DNA of 64,000 bases from Desulforegulaceae bacterium (GCA_034006035.1 JAVETN010000004.1:128827-192826), one strand, 5' to 3'. Shown: positions 27,267-37,563, counted from the stretch's first letter. Numbers and translations are program-made. The notes: generated from the letters alone by a model not told the origin.

Positions 27267-29186
27267 ATGAAAAAAAACTATCTTTTCTTAATCTTTTTAA
27301 TTTTTTTTTATTCTTGTTCCAACTCAGGAAGCTCAGATAAAAACAACAATTCTGAAACAGAAAAATATATCAAAGGCATTGTCAAACTTTCAGGCAATGC
27401 CTTTGTTGATTTTGACTTGAAAGATTCTGGACAAGGACTTAACAATTCATCTAATAGAGCCCAGTATATCACTCCTGATTCAACCTTATCAGGCTATGTG
27501 GATTCGTCTGATAAAGAAGACTGGTTTGTTTTTTATTCTGATAAAGAGCTAAGTTTAAGCATAAATTCAGAGCAAAATTTTGATGCTCTTATTGGAAAAG
27601 ACCCTCTCAATCTTTGTAGTTTCGATTCTTTTAAATTTTTAGGCCCAGGCAAATATTATATTCAGGTCAGAGCAAAGAACAGCTCGGGAAATTATTTTAT
27701 TAAAATTAAAAAAACCGGAAAGAACAGATTATCAGCAGATTTTGATTTTGTTCCAGGGGAAGTGATTGTAAAATTTAAAAATGATTCAAAAACAATTCTT
27801 GGCCGTTCAACTGATGTTTTTGATAATCTTCAGCTTAAAAAAGATTACCAATCTTTTAGTGTATATAAAATTTGGGGTAAAAAACCATTGGCACTGTCTT
27901 CTAAAACTGATTTGAAAGAGGAAACTATCAATTTTATAAACCAGCTTAATGAAAACCCTGATATTGAATATTCAGAGCCAAATTTTATAAGAAAGCCCAA
28001 TTATATTCCCAATGATTATAATTATTATAATTTGTGGAATCTTGATCTTATAAACGCTCCTGATGCCTGGGATATTTCAAGGGGTGGCGAAATTGTGGTT
28101 GCGGTTTTGGATACAGGAATTGTTCAGCATGAAGAGATCCCAGCTTCAAGACTTATAAAAGGATATAATTTTTTAGACGGGGATGAAAACACTTTAGATC
28201 CAGGTGTTGCAATAGAAGGGATTGGATATCATGGAACCCATGTTGCCGGCATAATTGGAGCTTCCATGGACAATTATAAAGGAGGTTGCGGAGTAAGCCC
28301 TGAAGTTTTTATAATGCCTGTAAGAATTGTTGATAAAGAAGTAACTTCAGAAAACATTGCCAATGGAATAATATTTGCTGCAGGACTTCCAAATTCCAGC
28401 GAAAAACTTCCTTCCAAAAATGCAGATATAATCAATATGAGTTTTGGAGGAGAGGGGTATTCAAAAACTGAAAAAAACGCCTGCGATGCTGCAGTAGAAG
28501 AGGGTGTAATTCTTCTAAGTGCTTCAGGAAATGAAGGTAAGAAAATTGTCTATTATCCAGGTGGTTATTCAAATGTTATTTGTGTTTCTGCAGTGGATTC
28601 TAAGAAGGAAATAGCCTCGTATTCAAATTATGGAAGTTTTGTAACCCTTGCTGCTCCAGGAGGTGATTCTTTGTCAATTAAAGGCCCGGTGGGTCCAGAA
28701 CCTCATGACTATGCTGGAATGACAGGAACTTCAATGGCAACTCCCCATGTTTCAGGTGTGATTGCTCTTATGAAATCAATAAATAAAAATCTTGATTCAG
28801 AAGATATTTTCAACATGATTTCTCAAGGAAAGATGACTGATGATTTGGGAGAGCCAGTCTTTGATAATAAATATGGCTATGGTTTGATAGATGCAAAAAA
28901 GTCTGTTTATGCTTTGAATGATTTTACATCATATTCCTCAGTAAAAGTGTTACTTAAAGACTCTTCAAATAATATTATCAGACCTTTGAGTTTGGCTAAA
29001 ATTGCTGCTGGAACTTTTTCATATATGTTTAAAGTTTCAGCTTCAGGCAGTTACATAATAGAGGCAGGTATAGATCTGAATAACGACAATAAATTTAACG
29101 GGATTGGGGAAATTAGTAAAACAATAGAAGTTGTTTATGAAAATTCTCAGGTTCAGGCAGAAATCATTGACTTGTCGTATCCATAA
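27267..29186 (+). CDS. S8 (subtilisin-family) serine protease lipoprotein with extra N- and C-terminal beta-rich domains
   Basis: Lipobox FFYSCSN. Catalytic triad contexts VAVLDTG, HGTHVAG, GTSMATPHVSG. Confidence 0.85.
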   Translation: MKKNYLFLIFLIFFYSCSNSGSSDKNNNSETEKYIKGIVKLSGNAFVDFDLKDSGQGLNNSSNRAQYITPDSTLSGYVDSSDKEDWFVFYSDKELSLSINSEQNFDALIGKDPLNLCSFDSFKFLGPGKYYIQVRAKNSSGNYFIKIKKTGKNRLSADFDFVPGEVIVKFKNDSKTILGRSTDVFDNLQLKKDYQSFSVYKIWGKKPLALSSKTDLKEETINFINQLNENPDIEYSEPNFIRKPNYIPNDYNYYNLWNLDLINAPDAWDISRGGEIVVAVLDTGIVQHEEIPASRLIKGYNFLDGDENTLDPGVAIEGIGYHGTHVAGIIGASMDNYKGGCGVSPEVFIMPVRIVDKEVTSENIANGIIFAAGLPNSSEKLPSKNADIINMSFGGEGYSKTEKNACDAAVEEGVILLSASGNEGKKIVYYPGGYSNVICVSAVDSKKEIASYSNYGSFVTLAAPGGDSLSIKGPVGPEPHDYAGMTGTSMATPHVSGVIALMKSINKNLDSEDIFNMISQGKMTDDLGEPVFDNKYGYGLIDAKKSVYALNDFTSYSSVKVLLKDSSNNIIRPLSLAKIAAGTFSYMFKVSASGSYIIEAGIDLNNDNKFNGIGEISKTIEVVYENSQVQAEIIDLSYP

Positions 29187-29194
29187 TAAAAAAA

Positions 29195-29216
29195 GGGAAA
29201 CCTTTAAAGGTTTCCC
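29195..29216. terminator. Bidirectional terminator palindrome between convergent genes
   Basis: gggaaacctttaaaggtttccc is a perfect 22-nt palindrome, preceded by an A-run. Confidence 0.55.
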
Positions 29217-29229
29217 GGTTATTGTAAAT

Positions 29230-30123
29230 TTATTTTGCATTAAGCATTTTTTCAACACTTCCAAGAGCTTTTATTCTTATATCTTCAGGAACATCAATTT
29301 CACCAAAACCTGTTTCAAGAGATTTTAAAACCATTTCAGGAGTTATTTTTTTCATATCAGGACAATAGATTTTTTCAGATCCAATATGAAAGATTTTGTC
29401 AGGACAAGCTTTTTGCAAGGGATAAATATGTCCTGTTTCAGTTGCTATTATAAATTCTTTTTTATCTGAATTTTTTGCAATTTTTATCATTCCTGAAGTA
29501 CTTGCAATTTCATCTGCGACTTCAAGGGTTTCAGGAGGACATTCGGGATGGGCAATGAAAAGAGCTTCTGGATATTTTTTCTTGACCTTTAAGGCATCAT
29601 CTTTTTTCATTTCATTGTGAAAAGGACAATATCCTTCCCAAAGATGGATTTTTTTATCTGTGTATTTTGCTGCATACAGGGCAAGATTTTTGTCAGGTGT
29701 CATTAAAACTTCTTTTGAATCAAGGTTTTGTACAATTTTAACTACGTTTGCAGAAGTACAGCAAACATCTGAAATTGCTTTTACAGCTGCGGAAGAATTT
29801 ACATAAGTAACAACAGGAATTCCGGAAAGTTCTTCTTTTCTTTTAAGAAGAGCTTCAGGAGTTATCATGTCTGCCATTGGGCATCCTGATTGAGGATTTG
29901 GAAGAAATACTTTTTTCTTGGGAGAAAGGATTTTTGCAGTTTCAGCCATAAAATGAACTCCGCAAAATATTATTATGTCTGCATCTGTTTTTGATGCCCT
30001 GATGCTCAGCTCAAGTGAGTCTCCGCAAAGATCTGCAAGATCCTGGATTTCAGGAGGTTGATAATTGTGTGCAAGGATGATTGCATTTTTCTCTTTAGCA
30101 AGTTTTTTAATTTTTTCCTTCAT
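29230..30123 (-). CDS. nadA: Quinolinate synthase NadA
   Basis: AIILAHNYQPPEIQDLADLCGDSLELS...VHFMAET...HPECP pattern. Confidence 0.9.
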   Translation of the reverse strand: MKEKIKKLAKEKNAIILAHNYQPPEIQDLADLCGDSLELSIRASKTDADIIIFCGVHFMAETAKILSPKKKVFLPNPQSGCPMADMITPEALLKRKEELSGIPVVTYVNSSAAVKAISDVCCTSANVVKIVQNLDSKEVLMTPDKNLALYAAKYTDKKIHLWEGYCPFHNEMKKDDALKVKKKYPEALFIAHPECPPETLEVADEIASTSGMIKIAKNSDKKEFIIATETGHIYPLQKACPDKIFHIGSEKIYCPDMKKITPEMVLKSLETGFGEIDVPEDIRIKALGSVEKMLNAK

Positions 30124-30140
30124 TTTAATTTTTCCTGTAT

Positions 30141-30773
30141 TTAAAAATTTGTAATGCTTGCGTTTTCAGGAGGGGTAAACTTGAAAATAGTTTCATCAAT
30201 TTCAGTTAAAAACTTTTCGTTTTTAAAAATAAGAACAGTTTCATCACTGCTTTGGTTTGTTGTTTTTACAGAAATAATTTTTCCATTTTCCTTTAATACT
30301 ATAATTTCAATTTCAGCAATTGCCCTTTTATTAAAAGGTGTAAGAACTAACAATTGTTTTTCTGTTTCTTCCAGCTCCTTTGTTTTTATATCATAGTTTT
30401 TGTCCATGGAATTTATATTTGAAAGAAATGAGCCTCCGTTTCCTTCCTTAAAATAATCTCCTGCCAGAGCTTTTGTAACCTGATTGTCCTCGTGGGAATA
30501 AATCCACACTGTTTTAGAATCTGTTATTATCTCTTGGCTGTCTGGGAAATTATATTTCCAGTACATTTTGCCTGGATGGGAAAAAATTACATATCCTCCG
30601 GCAGCTTGTTTGATATCAAGTGCTTTTAAAATTGACTGCTGGAAAAAATCAGCCTGAAAGGATTTGTTAGCATACCTTTGTTCAATTTTTTTTATAAGCA
30701 GATCTTTAGACTGGGCAAGACAGATTGAGGGAATTAAAAAAACTATAAAAAAAATATATTTAAATTTATTCAT
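30141..30773 (-). CDS. LolA-like outer-membrane lipoprotein carrier protein
   Basis: Signal peptide. FQADFFQQS...GGYVIFSHPGKMYWKYNFPDSQEIITDSKTVWIY follows the LolA pattern. Confidence 0.75.
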   Translation of the reverse strand: MNKFKYIFFIVFLIPSICLAQSKDLLIKKIEQRYANKSFQADFFQQSILKALDIKQAAGGYVIFSHPGKMYWKYNFPDSQEIITDSKTVWIYSHEDNQVTKALAGDYFKEGNGGSFLSNINSMDKNYDIKTKELEETEKQLLVLTPFNKRAIAEIEIIVLKENGKIISVKTTNQSSDETVLIFKNEKFLTEIDETIFKFTPPENASITNF

Positions 30774-30880
30774 TCTTTATCTCCGTTTTTTTATGGCTTT
30801 TTGGTTAAACTCTCATTAAACTGAAAATCAAACCTGTTATGTTATAAAAATTAAAATAATGTGTAAACGTATTCTTTGAG

Positions 30881-31609
30881 ATGAGCCATAAATTAATTAT
30901 AAAAAACGAATTTCCAAAAATAAATTGTTTAAGGTTTGAAAAATCAGGAGAGTCTGTTCCAGATTTGAACGGGATTCATCTTTGGCAGATTAATATAACC
31001 TCTTTAAAACCCCATCTTAATTTTTATGAAAAAATTCTTTCAAAGGATGAACTGGAAAAGTCATTAAAGTTTAAATTTGAAGCTGACAGGTTAAGGGCCT
31101 GTTTCTCAAGAGCCTGTTTAAGGATTCTTTGCGGGGCTTATTTGTTAAAATCTCCTGGGGATTTAAATTTTGAATACAATCCAAAGGGAAAGCCTTTTCT
31201 TGGTTCAAGGGATTTGTCTTTTAATCTTTCCCACTCAAACGAGCTTATCTTAATAGGCTTTTCAAAGCGGGAAAGCATAGGGGTTGATCTTGAATATAAT
31301 TTTAAAACTGAAAATTATATGGCCATAGGAGAAAAATATTTTCACCCTAAAGAATCAGCTGTTTTAAAAACTCTTCCAAAAGAGATGAGAAAAGGTGGCT
31401 TTTTCAAATACTGGACTGCTAAGGAAGCATATGTGAAAGCTTTGGGGGATGGAATTGGGAAAAAAATTCAGTCTTTTTATATAAAAGAGAGTTTAGCTGA
31501 AAATAAGTTTTTAGAAATTTCTGGGCCGTTAGAAAATGGGAACCCAAAAGGTTTTGTATATTTGTTTTCTCCCCAAAAAAATTATTTTGCTGCTGTTTGT
31601 ATAACCTGA
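30881..31609 (+). CDS. Sfp-type 4'-phosphopantetheinyl transferase
   Basis: FNLSHS, GVDLE and WTAKEAYVKALG motifs. Confidence 0.8.
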   Translation: MSHKLIIKNEFPKINCLRFEKSGESVPDLNGIHLWQINITSLKPHLNFYEKILSKDELEKSLKFKFEADRLRACFSRACLRILCGAYLLKSPGDLNFEYNPKGKPFLGSRDLSFNLSHSNELILIGFSKRESIGVDLEYNFKTENYMAIGEKYFHPKESAVLKTLPKEMRKGGFFKYWTAKEAYVKALGDGIGKKIQSFYIKESLAENKFLEISGPLENGNPKGFVYLFSPQKNYFAAVCIT

Positions 31610-31649
31610 ATTTAAAGTATATTCAGGCTATACATTTTATAAAATCAAA

Positions 31650-32363
31650 TTATGAAAACAAGGCAAGGAAGTTTTCAAATCCTTTTTCTTCTTCTTTTAA
31701 ACATTGTTCAAAGGACAAAGAATTTCTTTTTTCAAAAAGTTCTTTTATCTGAAGCATTATATTCTGATTTACTCCGGCTATCATTTCGGCAATTTCTACT
31801 GCCCTTTTCATAAGATCGTTTTTTGAAACAACTTCGTTGACAAGTCCGCATTCAAGAGCTTTTTGTGCTGATACAGGCTCACAGGTCATTGATATTTGTT
31901 TTGCCATTCTTATTCCAACAGCCTGGGGAAGCAGCTGGCTCATTCCCCATCCAGGGTGAATTCCAACCAGTGAATGGCTGTCTTTGAAAAAAGCATTTTC
32001 AGAAGCAATGAGAAAGTCACAATTAAGTGCTATTTCAAATCCTCCGGTTATTGCATATCCGTTTACAGCTCCTATAACAGGCTTTTTGCAGGCATTGAAA
32101 ATTTCAACCATTCCCTTTTTATCTCCAAGGGGATCAAAAAGGTTTTCTCCCTGCTCTAGAGCTTTAAGATCTATTCCAGAACAGAAAGAATCTCCGTTTC
32201 CTGTAATAATCCCAACTTTTATTTCATCATCTTGAGCAATTTTGTTTATGCTCTTATAAAGCTCTGTTAAAAGGCTTTGATTGATTGCATTTTTTCTCTC
32301 GGGCCTGTTAAGCGTAATTGTTCCTATATTGTTATTTACCGAAAATTTTACAGTTTCTTGCAT
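31650..32363 (-). CDS. Enoyl-CoA hydratase/isomerase (crotonase) family protein
   Basis: ITLNRPERKNAI...FCSGIDLK...AVNGYAITGGFEIAL. I prefer the ATG at 32363 (AAAGGAA upstream) over the track start at 32393. Confidence 0.85.
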   Translation of the reverse strand: MQETVKFSVNNNIGTITLNRPERKNAINQSLLTELYKSINKIAQDDEIKVGIITGNGDSFCSGIDLKALEQGENLFDPLGDKKGMVEIFNACKKPVIGAVNGYAITGGFEIALNCDFLIASENAFFKDSHSLVGIHPGWGMSQLLPQAVGIRMAKQISMTCEPVSAQKALECGLVNEVVSKNDLMKRAVEIAEMIAGVNQNIMLQIKELFEKRNSLSFEQCLKEEEKGFENFLALFS

Positions 32364-32489
32364 AATTTCCTTTCTTGAGGTTGAAAAGCTCATTAAAAAT
32401 GGCTGGCTTGCTCAACAAAAGAACTGAAGAGATCTTTGGTTGGTTTTTTATAAGGATCTGTCCAGATTCGTTTGTTGGAGCAATTTTAC

Positions 32490-33101
32490 TTATGCTGTGA
32501 GTTTTTTTGTTATCCTTGCAACGTGTTCACCCTGGAAACGTGCTCCAGAAAGCTCGTTTTCGCTGGGAGTACGACTTCCATCAGCACCGGCTATGGTAGA
32601 AGCACCGTATGGAGAGCAACCGCTTATTTCGTCTGTTGTCATCTGTCCTTTGAAAGTATAGGGCAGGCCGACAATCACCATTCCATGGTGTAATAGGGTT
32701 GTGTGAAAACTAAGAATTGTTGATTCCTGTCCCCCGTGCTGGGTATTTGAGCTGGTGAACACACTTCCCACCTTCCCGACCAAGGTTCCATTGGCCCATA
32801 ATTGTCCAGTGCTATCAAGAAACTGCCTCATCTGTCCGCACATATTACCAAAGCGGGTTGGAGTTCCAAAAATAATTGCATCGGCTTCTCCTAGCTCATC
32901 AACAGTGCATACAGGTATATCTGCCTGTGGTTTCTGGGCTTCAATCGCTCCCATTGATTCTAACACCTCTTTAGGCAAAGTTTCTGGAACTCTTCTGAGT
33001 GCTACTTCCACATTTTCTATAGAACCTGCCCCTTCAGCTACTGCGTTTGCCAATTTATGGATGTGGTCATACATTGAATAGTAAACAATTAATACTTTCA
33101 T
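32490..33101 (-). CDS. wrbA: WrbA-type NAD(P)H:quinone oxidoreductase (flavodoxin-like)
   Basis: [25 protein letters not shown]...[12 protein letters not shown]...GGQE. RBS AAGGAG. Confidence 0.85.
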   Translation of the reverse strand: MKVLIVYYSMYDHIHKLANAVAEGAGSIENVEVALRRVPETLPKEVLESMGAIEAQKPQADIPVCTVDELGEADAIIFGTPTRFGNMCGQMRQFLDSTGQLWANGTLVGKVGSVFTSSNTQHGGQESTILSFHTTLLHHGMVIVGLPYTFKGQMTTDEISGCSPYGASTIAGADGSRTPSENELSGARFQGEHVARITKKLTA

Positions 33102-33349
33102 TTTTTTCTCCTTAGAGTTGAGTTGACAAAAACTGTATATATAAATCTAAGTTTAGTATAGAGAAGTTTACCATAATGTCCTCTTTTTTACCAGAATACC
33201 GAGGGCTTGCTTAAAGTTAAGTTTAGTTTTATTTATTCCAAATGCCTGGCTTATTGAAATTTGGCTTATTTCTACAATAGAGAATGGAAATCTTTTTTGC
33301 GGTTTTGTTTTGAGTAAGTGGGCTGGGTTTTTAAGTATATTTAGTTTTT

Positions 33350-33378
33350 TACGCTGAGAAGATTTTTTTCTCAGCGTA
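33350..33378 (-). terminator. Strong hairpin downstream of the aldehyde dehydrogenase gene (non-canonical, no U-tract on the minus strand)
   Basis: tacgctgagaa / ttctcagcgta 11-bp perfect stem with a 7-nt loop, about 35 nt after the stop. Confidence 0.35.
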
Positions 33379-33411
33379 ATTAGGTAATTGAAGGGATAGG
33401 TTAATCAAACA

Positions 33412-34908
33412 CTAATTGGCATACCAGATTGTCTTTGTGGAAACATATTGTTCAAATGCTTCTAAGCCTTTATCTTGACCACCAAACCCAGATTCCTTAT
33501 GGCCTCCAAACGGTGTGCTCTGGTCACCTTCAGAGAAACAGTTCACTGAAACGGTTCCTGCTTTTATTGCTTTTGATACACGGTGGGCACGGCGTATATC
33601 TGAGGTGTAAATCGAGGCTGCCAGACCGTAGTTGGTGTTGTTGGCCAGGGCAATTGCCTCCTCTTCGGTGTCAAAGGTTGTTATGGCGAGTACTGGGCCA
33701 AATATCTCTTCTTTAAAAAGGGTCATTTCAGGTGTGACATCGTCAAATATGGTAGGTTCTATGCATTTACCTGCACCAAGAGGCAATGCTTTCCCTCCAT
33801 AGATAAGATTGGCACCTTCTGCTTTGGCCTTTTCAATGTGAGACATGACTTTTTGGAAATGTGCTTCTTCTATCATGGGCCCTAAGAATACAGACATATC
33901 GCTTGGATCACCGACTTTCCATTCAGGCAATTTGTCTATCATTGCTTTTAAAAGTTTTTCTTTAATGCTTTTGTGAACAATAAGTCTAGATCCGCAACTA
34001 CAGTTTTCCCCCATGTTGTAAAAAGCGGCATTAAGTACTTCATTGACAATTTCATCGATGGAATAAGTGTCTGGGAAAATGATTTGAGGGCTTTTTCCAC
34101 CACATTCAAGAACGATCTCCTTTAGATTGCTTTGTGCTGAATATTTAAGGAAATAACGACCTACTTCGGTTGATCCAGTAAAGGACACCACATCAATATC
34201 ATTATGTAAACCAATTGGCTTGCCTGTTTCTAGGCCTAAGCCGGTAACCAGCAGCAAAGCTCCCTCAGGGATGCCTGCTTGATGAGCTAACTGAACTAAG
34301 CGGTAAGCACCAAATGAAGTTTGTTCGGCTGGTTTTACAACTACAGAGTTGCCTGCGGCCAAAGCTGGAGCAACTTTCCAGGAAAATGTTGCAGATGGAA
34401 AATTCCAAGGGAGAACTGCCCCAACAACTCCGATGGGTTCTTTAACAACCAATCCTAGGTGTTCTCCGGAAGTGGGTGATACTTTTCCAAATATTTTATC
34501 TGCTGCTTCGCCGTACCAAGCTATTGTATTAATGGCATCGGTGATGTCTGCAGCCAAGCATTCTTTGATTGGTTTACCAACATCAACACAATCCAATGCA
34601 GCCAACTCATATTTATGTACTTCAATTAAGGCAGCCCATTTCTGCATCACTGTTTTACGTTCACTTGGTGACAATGATGACCAGACCCCAGATTCAAATG
34701 TTTCCCGGGCAACAGCAACTGCCTCGTTTACGATTTCATTGTTACAGCTCTCTACATAGCCTATTATGCTATTATCAAAAGGGTTTAGAGCTGTTAGAAA
34801 GTTGCTTTCAGCACTAACTCTGTTAGGAATAAGTGCTTTAGCGATGAGATTTTTCGATTTGGCTTGGGCAAAAACAGTCTCTTTTGAGAGAGGATCAGCG
34901 TAAGTCAT
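33412..34908 (-). CDS. NAD(P)-dependent aldehyde dehydrogenase
   Basis: FPSATFSWKVAPALAAGNSVVVKPAEQT, LECGGKSP, EEIFGPV. RBS AGGAG. Confidence 0.9.
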   Translation of the reverse strand: MTYADPLSKETVFAQAKSKNLIAKALIPNRVSAESNFLTALNPFDNSIIGYVESCNNEIVNEAVAVARETFESGVWSSLSPSERKTVMQKWAALIEVHKYELAALDCVDVGKPIKECLAADITDAINTIAWYGEAADKIFGKVSPTSGEHLGLVVKEPIGVVGAVLPWNFPSATFSWKVAPALAAGNSVVVKPAEQTSFGAYRLVQLAHQAGIPEGALLLVTGLGLETGKPIGLHNDIDVVSFTGSTEVGRYFLKYSAQSNLKEIVLECGGKSPQIIFPDTYSIDEIVNEVLNAAFYNMGENCSCGSRLIVHKSIKEKLLKAMIDKLPEWKVGDPSDMSVFLGPMIEEAHFQKVMSHIEKAKAEGANLIYGGKALPLGAGKCIEPTIFDDVTPEMTLFKEEIFGPVLAITTFDTEEEAIALANNTNYGLAASIYTSDIRRAHRVSKAIKAGTVSVNCFSEGDQSTPFGGHKESGFGGQDKGLEAFEQYVSTKTIWYAN

Positions 34909-35002
34909 TGTAGTCTCCTGTAATAGTTTGATTGTTTAGTGGATATAGTCTTGAAAAATTATGTGGACTAAATACCAAAAAATTATACATTAACAATTGT
35001 TT

Positions 35003-35018
35003 TGCAATAAATATGCCA
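35003..35018 (-). promoter_or_regulatory. Sigma-54 (-24/-12) promoter for the aldehyde dehydrogenase gene
   Basis: The minus strand reads TGGCATATTTATTGCA. GG and GC have the canonical spacing of TGGCAC-N5-TTGCW. It lies about 95 nt upstream of ATG 34908. Confidence 0.6.
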
Positions 35019-35117
35019 TGACTTGTTGGGAGCTTGAAGTTTTCATAAAGTGTTGATTTTAATGGCTTAATAGGTGGACGAGTCGTAACTGCTGATTTGC
35101 CGTGAATGTTTAAAAAA

Positions 35118-35129
35118 TGCACTCATGCA
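35118..35129. promoter_or_regulatory. Imperfect TGCAC-type palindrome (candidate activator site)
   Basis: tgcactcatgca, about 100 nt upstream of the -24/-12 element. Confidence 0.3.
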
Positions 35130-35183
35130 TCTGCGGTGTTGAATAATTGAGTTGTTTCAAGGGTTTAGCTTGTAGTGCGGAAG

Positions 35184-35195
35184 TGCACATGTGCA
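35184..35195. promoter_or_regulatory. Perfect 12-bp palindrome (candidate enhancer/UAS)
   Basis: tgcacatgtgca, about 170 nt upstream of the -24/-12 element. It shares the TGCAC half-site with the sites at 37367 and 37423. Confidence 0.4.
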
Positions 35196-35528
35196 AAGTT
35201 ACTCGAAAGTCTGCTGGTATAATACTTAAGGGAATATGCTTATGGTCTTGTTGTTGATATTAATATTTTGTATCAAAATGGCATCTTGTGCTGGAAGAAC
35301 TCCCAGTTTAATTTTGTATATATAAAATAGTCAGCATTAAAATTCATTTAGCACAAAAAAAATTTAAATACAAAAGCTTTGCAAGGGCTGGCCATTTAAA
35401 AGGCAAGCTGGTAAAAAAAGGGAAGTGGAAAAAAATCATTGGTTTAACTCAGGGTTGTGCCTCTATATTGTGTATTTTTCTAAAAATTGTTGTATTAATC
35501 ATTGTCTCAATTGTTTTAAAAGATCTCT

Positions 35529-37100
35529 TTAGCTATTTTTGCTGTTGAGTTTTTTTCTGCCCTTGAGTTTGCGTGAAATGGTTGTCCTGTGCACCTGAAA
35601 AAACTGAGCAACTTTTTCGGTTGATTTGTGTTTTTTCATAGCCTGGTGGAGAATTTCTAACTCAATGTCTTCCATGATCTGCTTAAGTGGTTTTTCTGGT
35701 TGATTTTTAGTCAGCGAGTATGATCCTGGAAAAGATCTGGTTTTATGGGGCATTATTCTTGGTAGATCCATAGGGGTTATGATTTCTTTTTCCTGGGTAA
35801 TTACTATTCCCTGGATCATGTTTTGCAGCTCACGGACATTCCCTGGCCAGGAGTGTTTTAAAAGAAGTTCCATGGCCTCGTCTGAAAAATAAAATTGTTT
35901 GTGGTATTTGAGATTGTACAATTGGAGGAAATGATGAGCAAGGGGTTGAATATCTTCTTTTCTTTCTTTTAAAGATGGGATTTCTAGTACACTTATTTGG
36001 AGGCGATAATAGAGATCTTTACGAAACTTGCCTTTGGCAACGGCTTCTTCAAGATCGATATTGGTTGCTGCAATGATCCTTGTATCAATTTTTTTTGGTT
36101 CAACCCCTCCTATTTGCATGACTTCCTGATCCTGAAGTACCCTAAGAAATTTGGCCTGCATGGTTAAGGGTAATTCTCCGATTTCATCCAGAAAGATTGT
36201 TCCACCAACAGCAATGTCAAAATATCCGGGTTTTCCCTCCCGCTTTGCACCTGAAAATGCCCCCGGGGCATATCCGAAAAGTTCCGACTCAATAAGGTTT
36301 TCCGGAATGCTTGTGCAATCAACGCAAAAAAAAGTGTTCTCAGAACGATTGCTTTGGGCGTGTATTTGCCTTGCCATTTCCCCTTTGCCTACCCCAGTAT
36401 CTCCTAAAATTAAAATAGGAGCCTCGGTTTTAGCAACTTTTTGGAGCCGATTCATTAGTTTCTTCATGACCGGGCTTTCAATAATAATAGCTTCTGGTGC
36501 AGAATTCTCGGAGCTGTTGTTTCGTAGGTTTGACCAGAATTTTTTGAAGATGTCTTTGTGATACTCAAGCTGTTCTTTGAAAAGCGTTAAGTGGCTGATA
36601 TCCCGGATAAAGGTGATAACAAGTTCAACATTCCCCTTAGCATCAAGAATTGGGTATCCGTGTAATAGATTCTTTCTTCCACCGCTGGTCTGCTGAATGG
36701 AGCTTGCCGGTCGTTTTGCTTTAAGGATCACAGGGCTGACAGCCCCTTTGAAAATTCCTTTTTTTTGTTCCACCAGCCAGGCATGGGGCTCAGCCGAATC
36801 AAAAACTCCATCTTTACCGTTTAGAAAGCTTACTTTTTTCCCGAGTAGCTTTTCAGGCGATAAACCTGATAGTCGCTCGTACATAGGGTTCATCTTCAGG
36901 ATTGTTCCCTTGGCATCACTAATACATATTCCCTCATGCAATACGTTTAAAATCGGATCTATTCCATTGAAAAGATGGCCGTAATTTTTTTGAAAATAAT
37001 CGACCTCGTATTTTTTTTTGTTCACTTCAGTTGAAGCTGCATTTGGAGTTGTTTGGGCTTGGTCGGAAATAGTTTGTATTGGCATTGTTTGATGTGACAA
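35529..37100 (-). CDS. Sigma-54-dependent transcriptional activator with N-terminal PAS sensing region (no receiver domain)
   Basis: PAS-like ILNVLHEGICISDAKGTILKMNPMYERLSG. AAA+ motifs GDTGVGKGEMA, GAFSGA, ESELFG. C-terminal Fis-type HTH. The start codon is uncertain (TTG 37100 or ATG 37085). Confidence 0.9.
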   Translation of the reverse strand: MSHQTMPIQTISDQAQTTPNAASTEVNKKKYEVDYFQKNYGHLFNGIDPILNVLHEGICISDAKGTILKMNPMYERLSGLSPEKLLGKKVSFLNGKDGVFDSAEPHAWLVEQKKGIFKGAVSPVILKAKRPASSIQQTSGGRKNLLHGYPILDAKGNVELVITFIRDISHLTLFKEQLEYHKDIFKKFWSNLRNNSSENSAPEAIIIESPVMKKLMNRLQKVAKTEAPILILGDTGVGKGEMARQIHAQSNRSENTFFCVDCTSIPENLIESELFGYAPGAFSGAKREGKPGYFDIAVGGTIFLDEIGELPLTMQAKFLRVLQDQEVMQIGGVEPKKIDTRIIAATNIDLEEAVAKGKFRKDLYYRLQISVLEIPSLKERKEDIQPLAHHFLQLYNLKYHKQFYFSDEAMELLLKHSWPGNVRELQNMIQGIVITQEKEIITPMDLPRIMPHKTRSFPGSYSLTKNQPEKPLKQIMEDIELEILHQAMKKHKSTEKVAQFFQVHRTTISRKLKGRKKLNSKNS

Positions 37101-37366
37101 TCCTATATTTATAAAATTTTAGCTTAATTGTAAATTGTTATTTTAATTAGATTAACAGGCATTAAGTGTGTTGTCAATAAACTATGAGGCTCTGAAAAAA
37201 GCAATTTTTGGTTTTGTGATTTTGAAAGTTGCAGTTTAACAAGGCATGTCTCCTTATATATGGGGATTAGGCGATGGGTTGAATTTTCAATCCTGGCTCC
37301 AGAAGTATAATGAGTTTGCCCTGGGATGATTTTGATAGATCTCCATTTTTGTTTAATTTTGCATTT

Positions 37367-37382
37367 TGTGCAAGTTTGCACA
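37367..37382. promoter_or_regulatory. Perfect inverted repeat (candidate enhancer/UAS)
   Basis: tgtgcaa-gt-ttgcaca, about 170 nt upstream of the -24/-12 element at 37548. Confidence 0.4.
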
Positions 37383-37422
37383 GCAACTTAACATGCTAAA
37401 ATAAGTATGTTTTTTTTTAAAA

Positions 37423-37444
37423 GCAAGTGCGGCTTTGCACTTGC
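37423..37444. promoter_or_regulatory. Perfect 8-bp inverted repeat (candidate enhancer/UAS)
   Basis: gcaagtgc-ggcttt-gcacttgc, about 105 nt upstream of the -24/-12 element. Confidence 0.4.
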
Positions 37445-37547
37445 TTGGCTATAAATCAGTTGTGTGAAATTTTAAAGTTTGGTTGTTGGTATCAGTTAAT
37501 CGTTAAAAAACAAGGGGTTATTTAACAAGAAAGCTTTTAAGAAGTTT

Positions 37548-37563
37548 TGGCCTCCTTTTTGCT
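37548..37563 (+). promoter_or_regulatory. Sigma-54 (-24/-12) promoter for the GltS-family transporter gene
   Basis: TGGCCTCCTTTTTGCT has GG and GC at canonical spacing. It lies about 157 nt upstream of TTG 37720. Confidence 0.55.
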
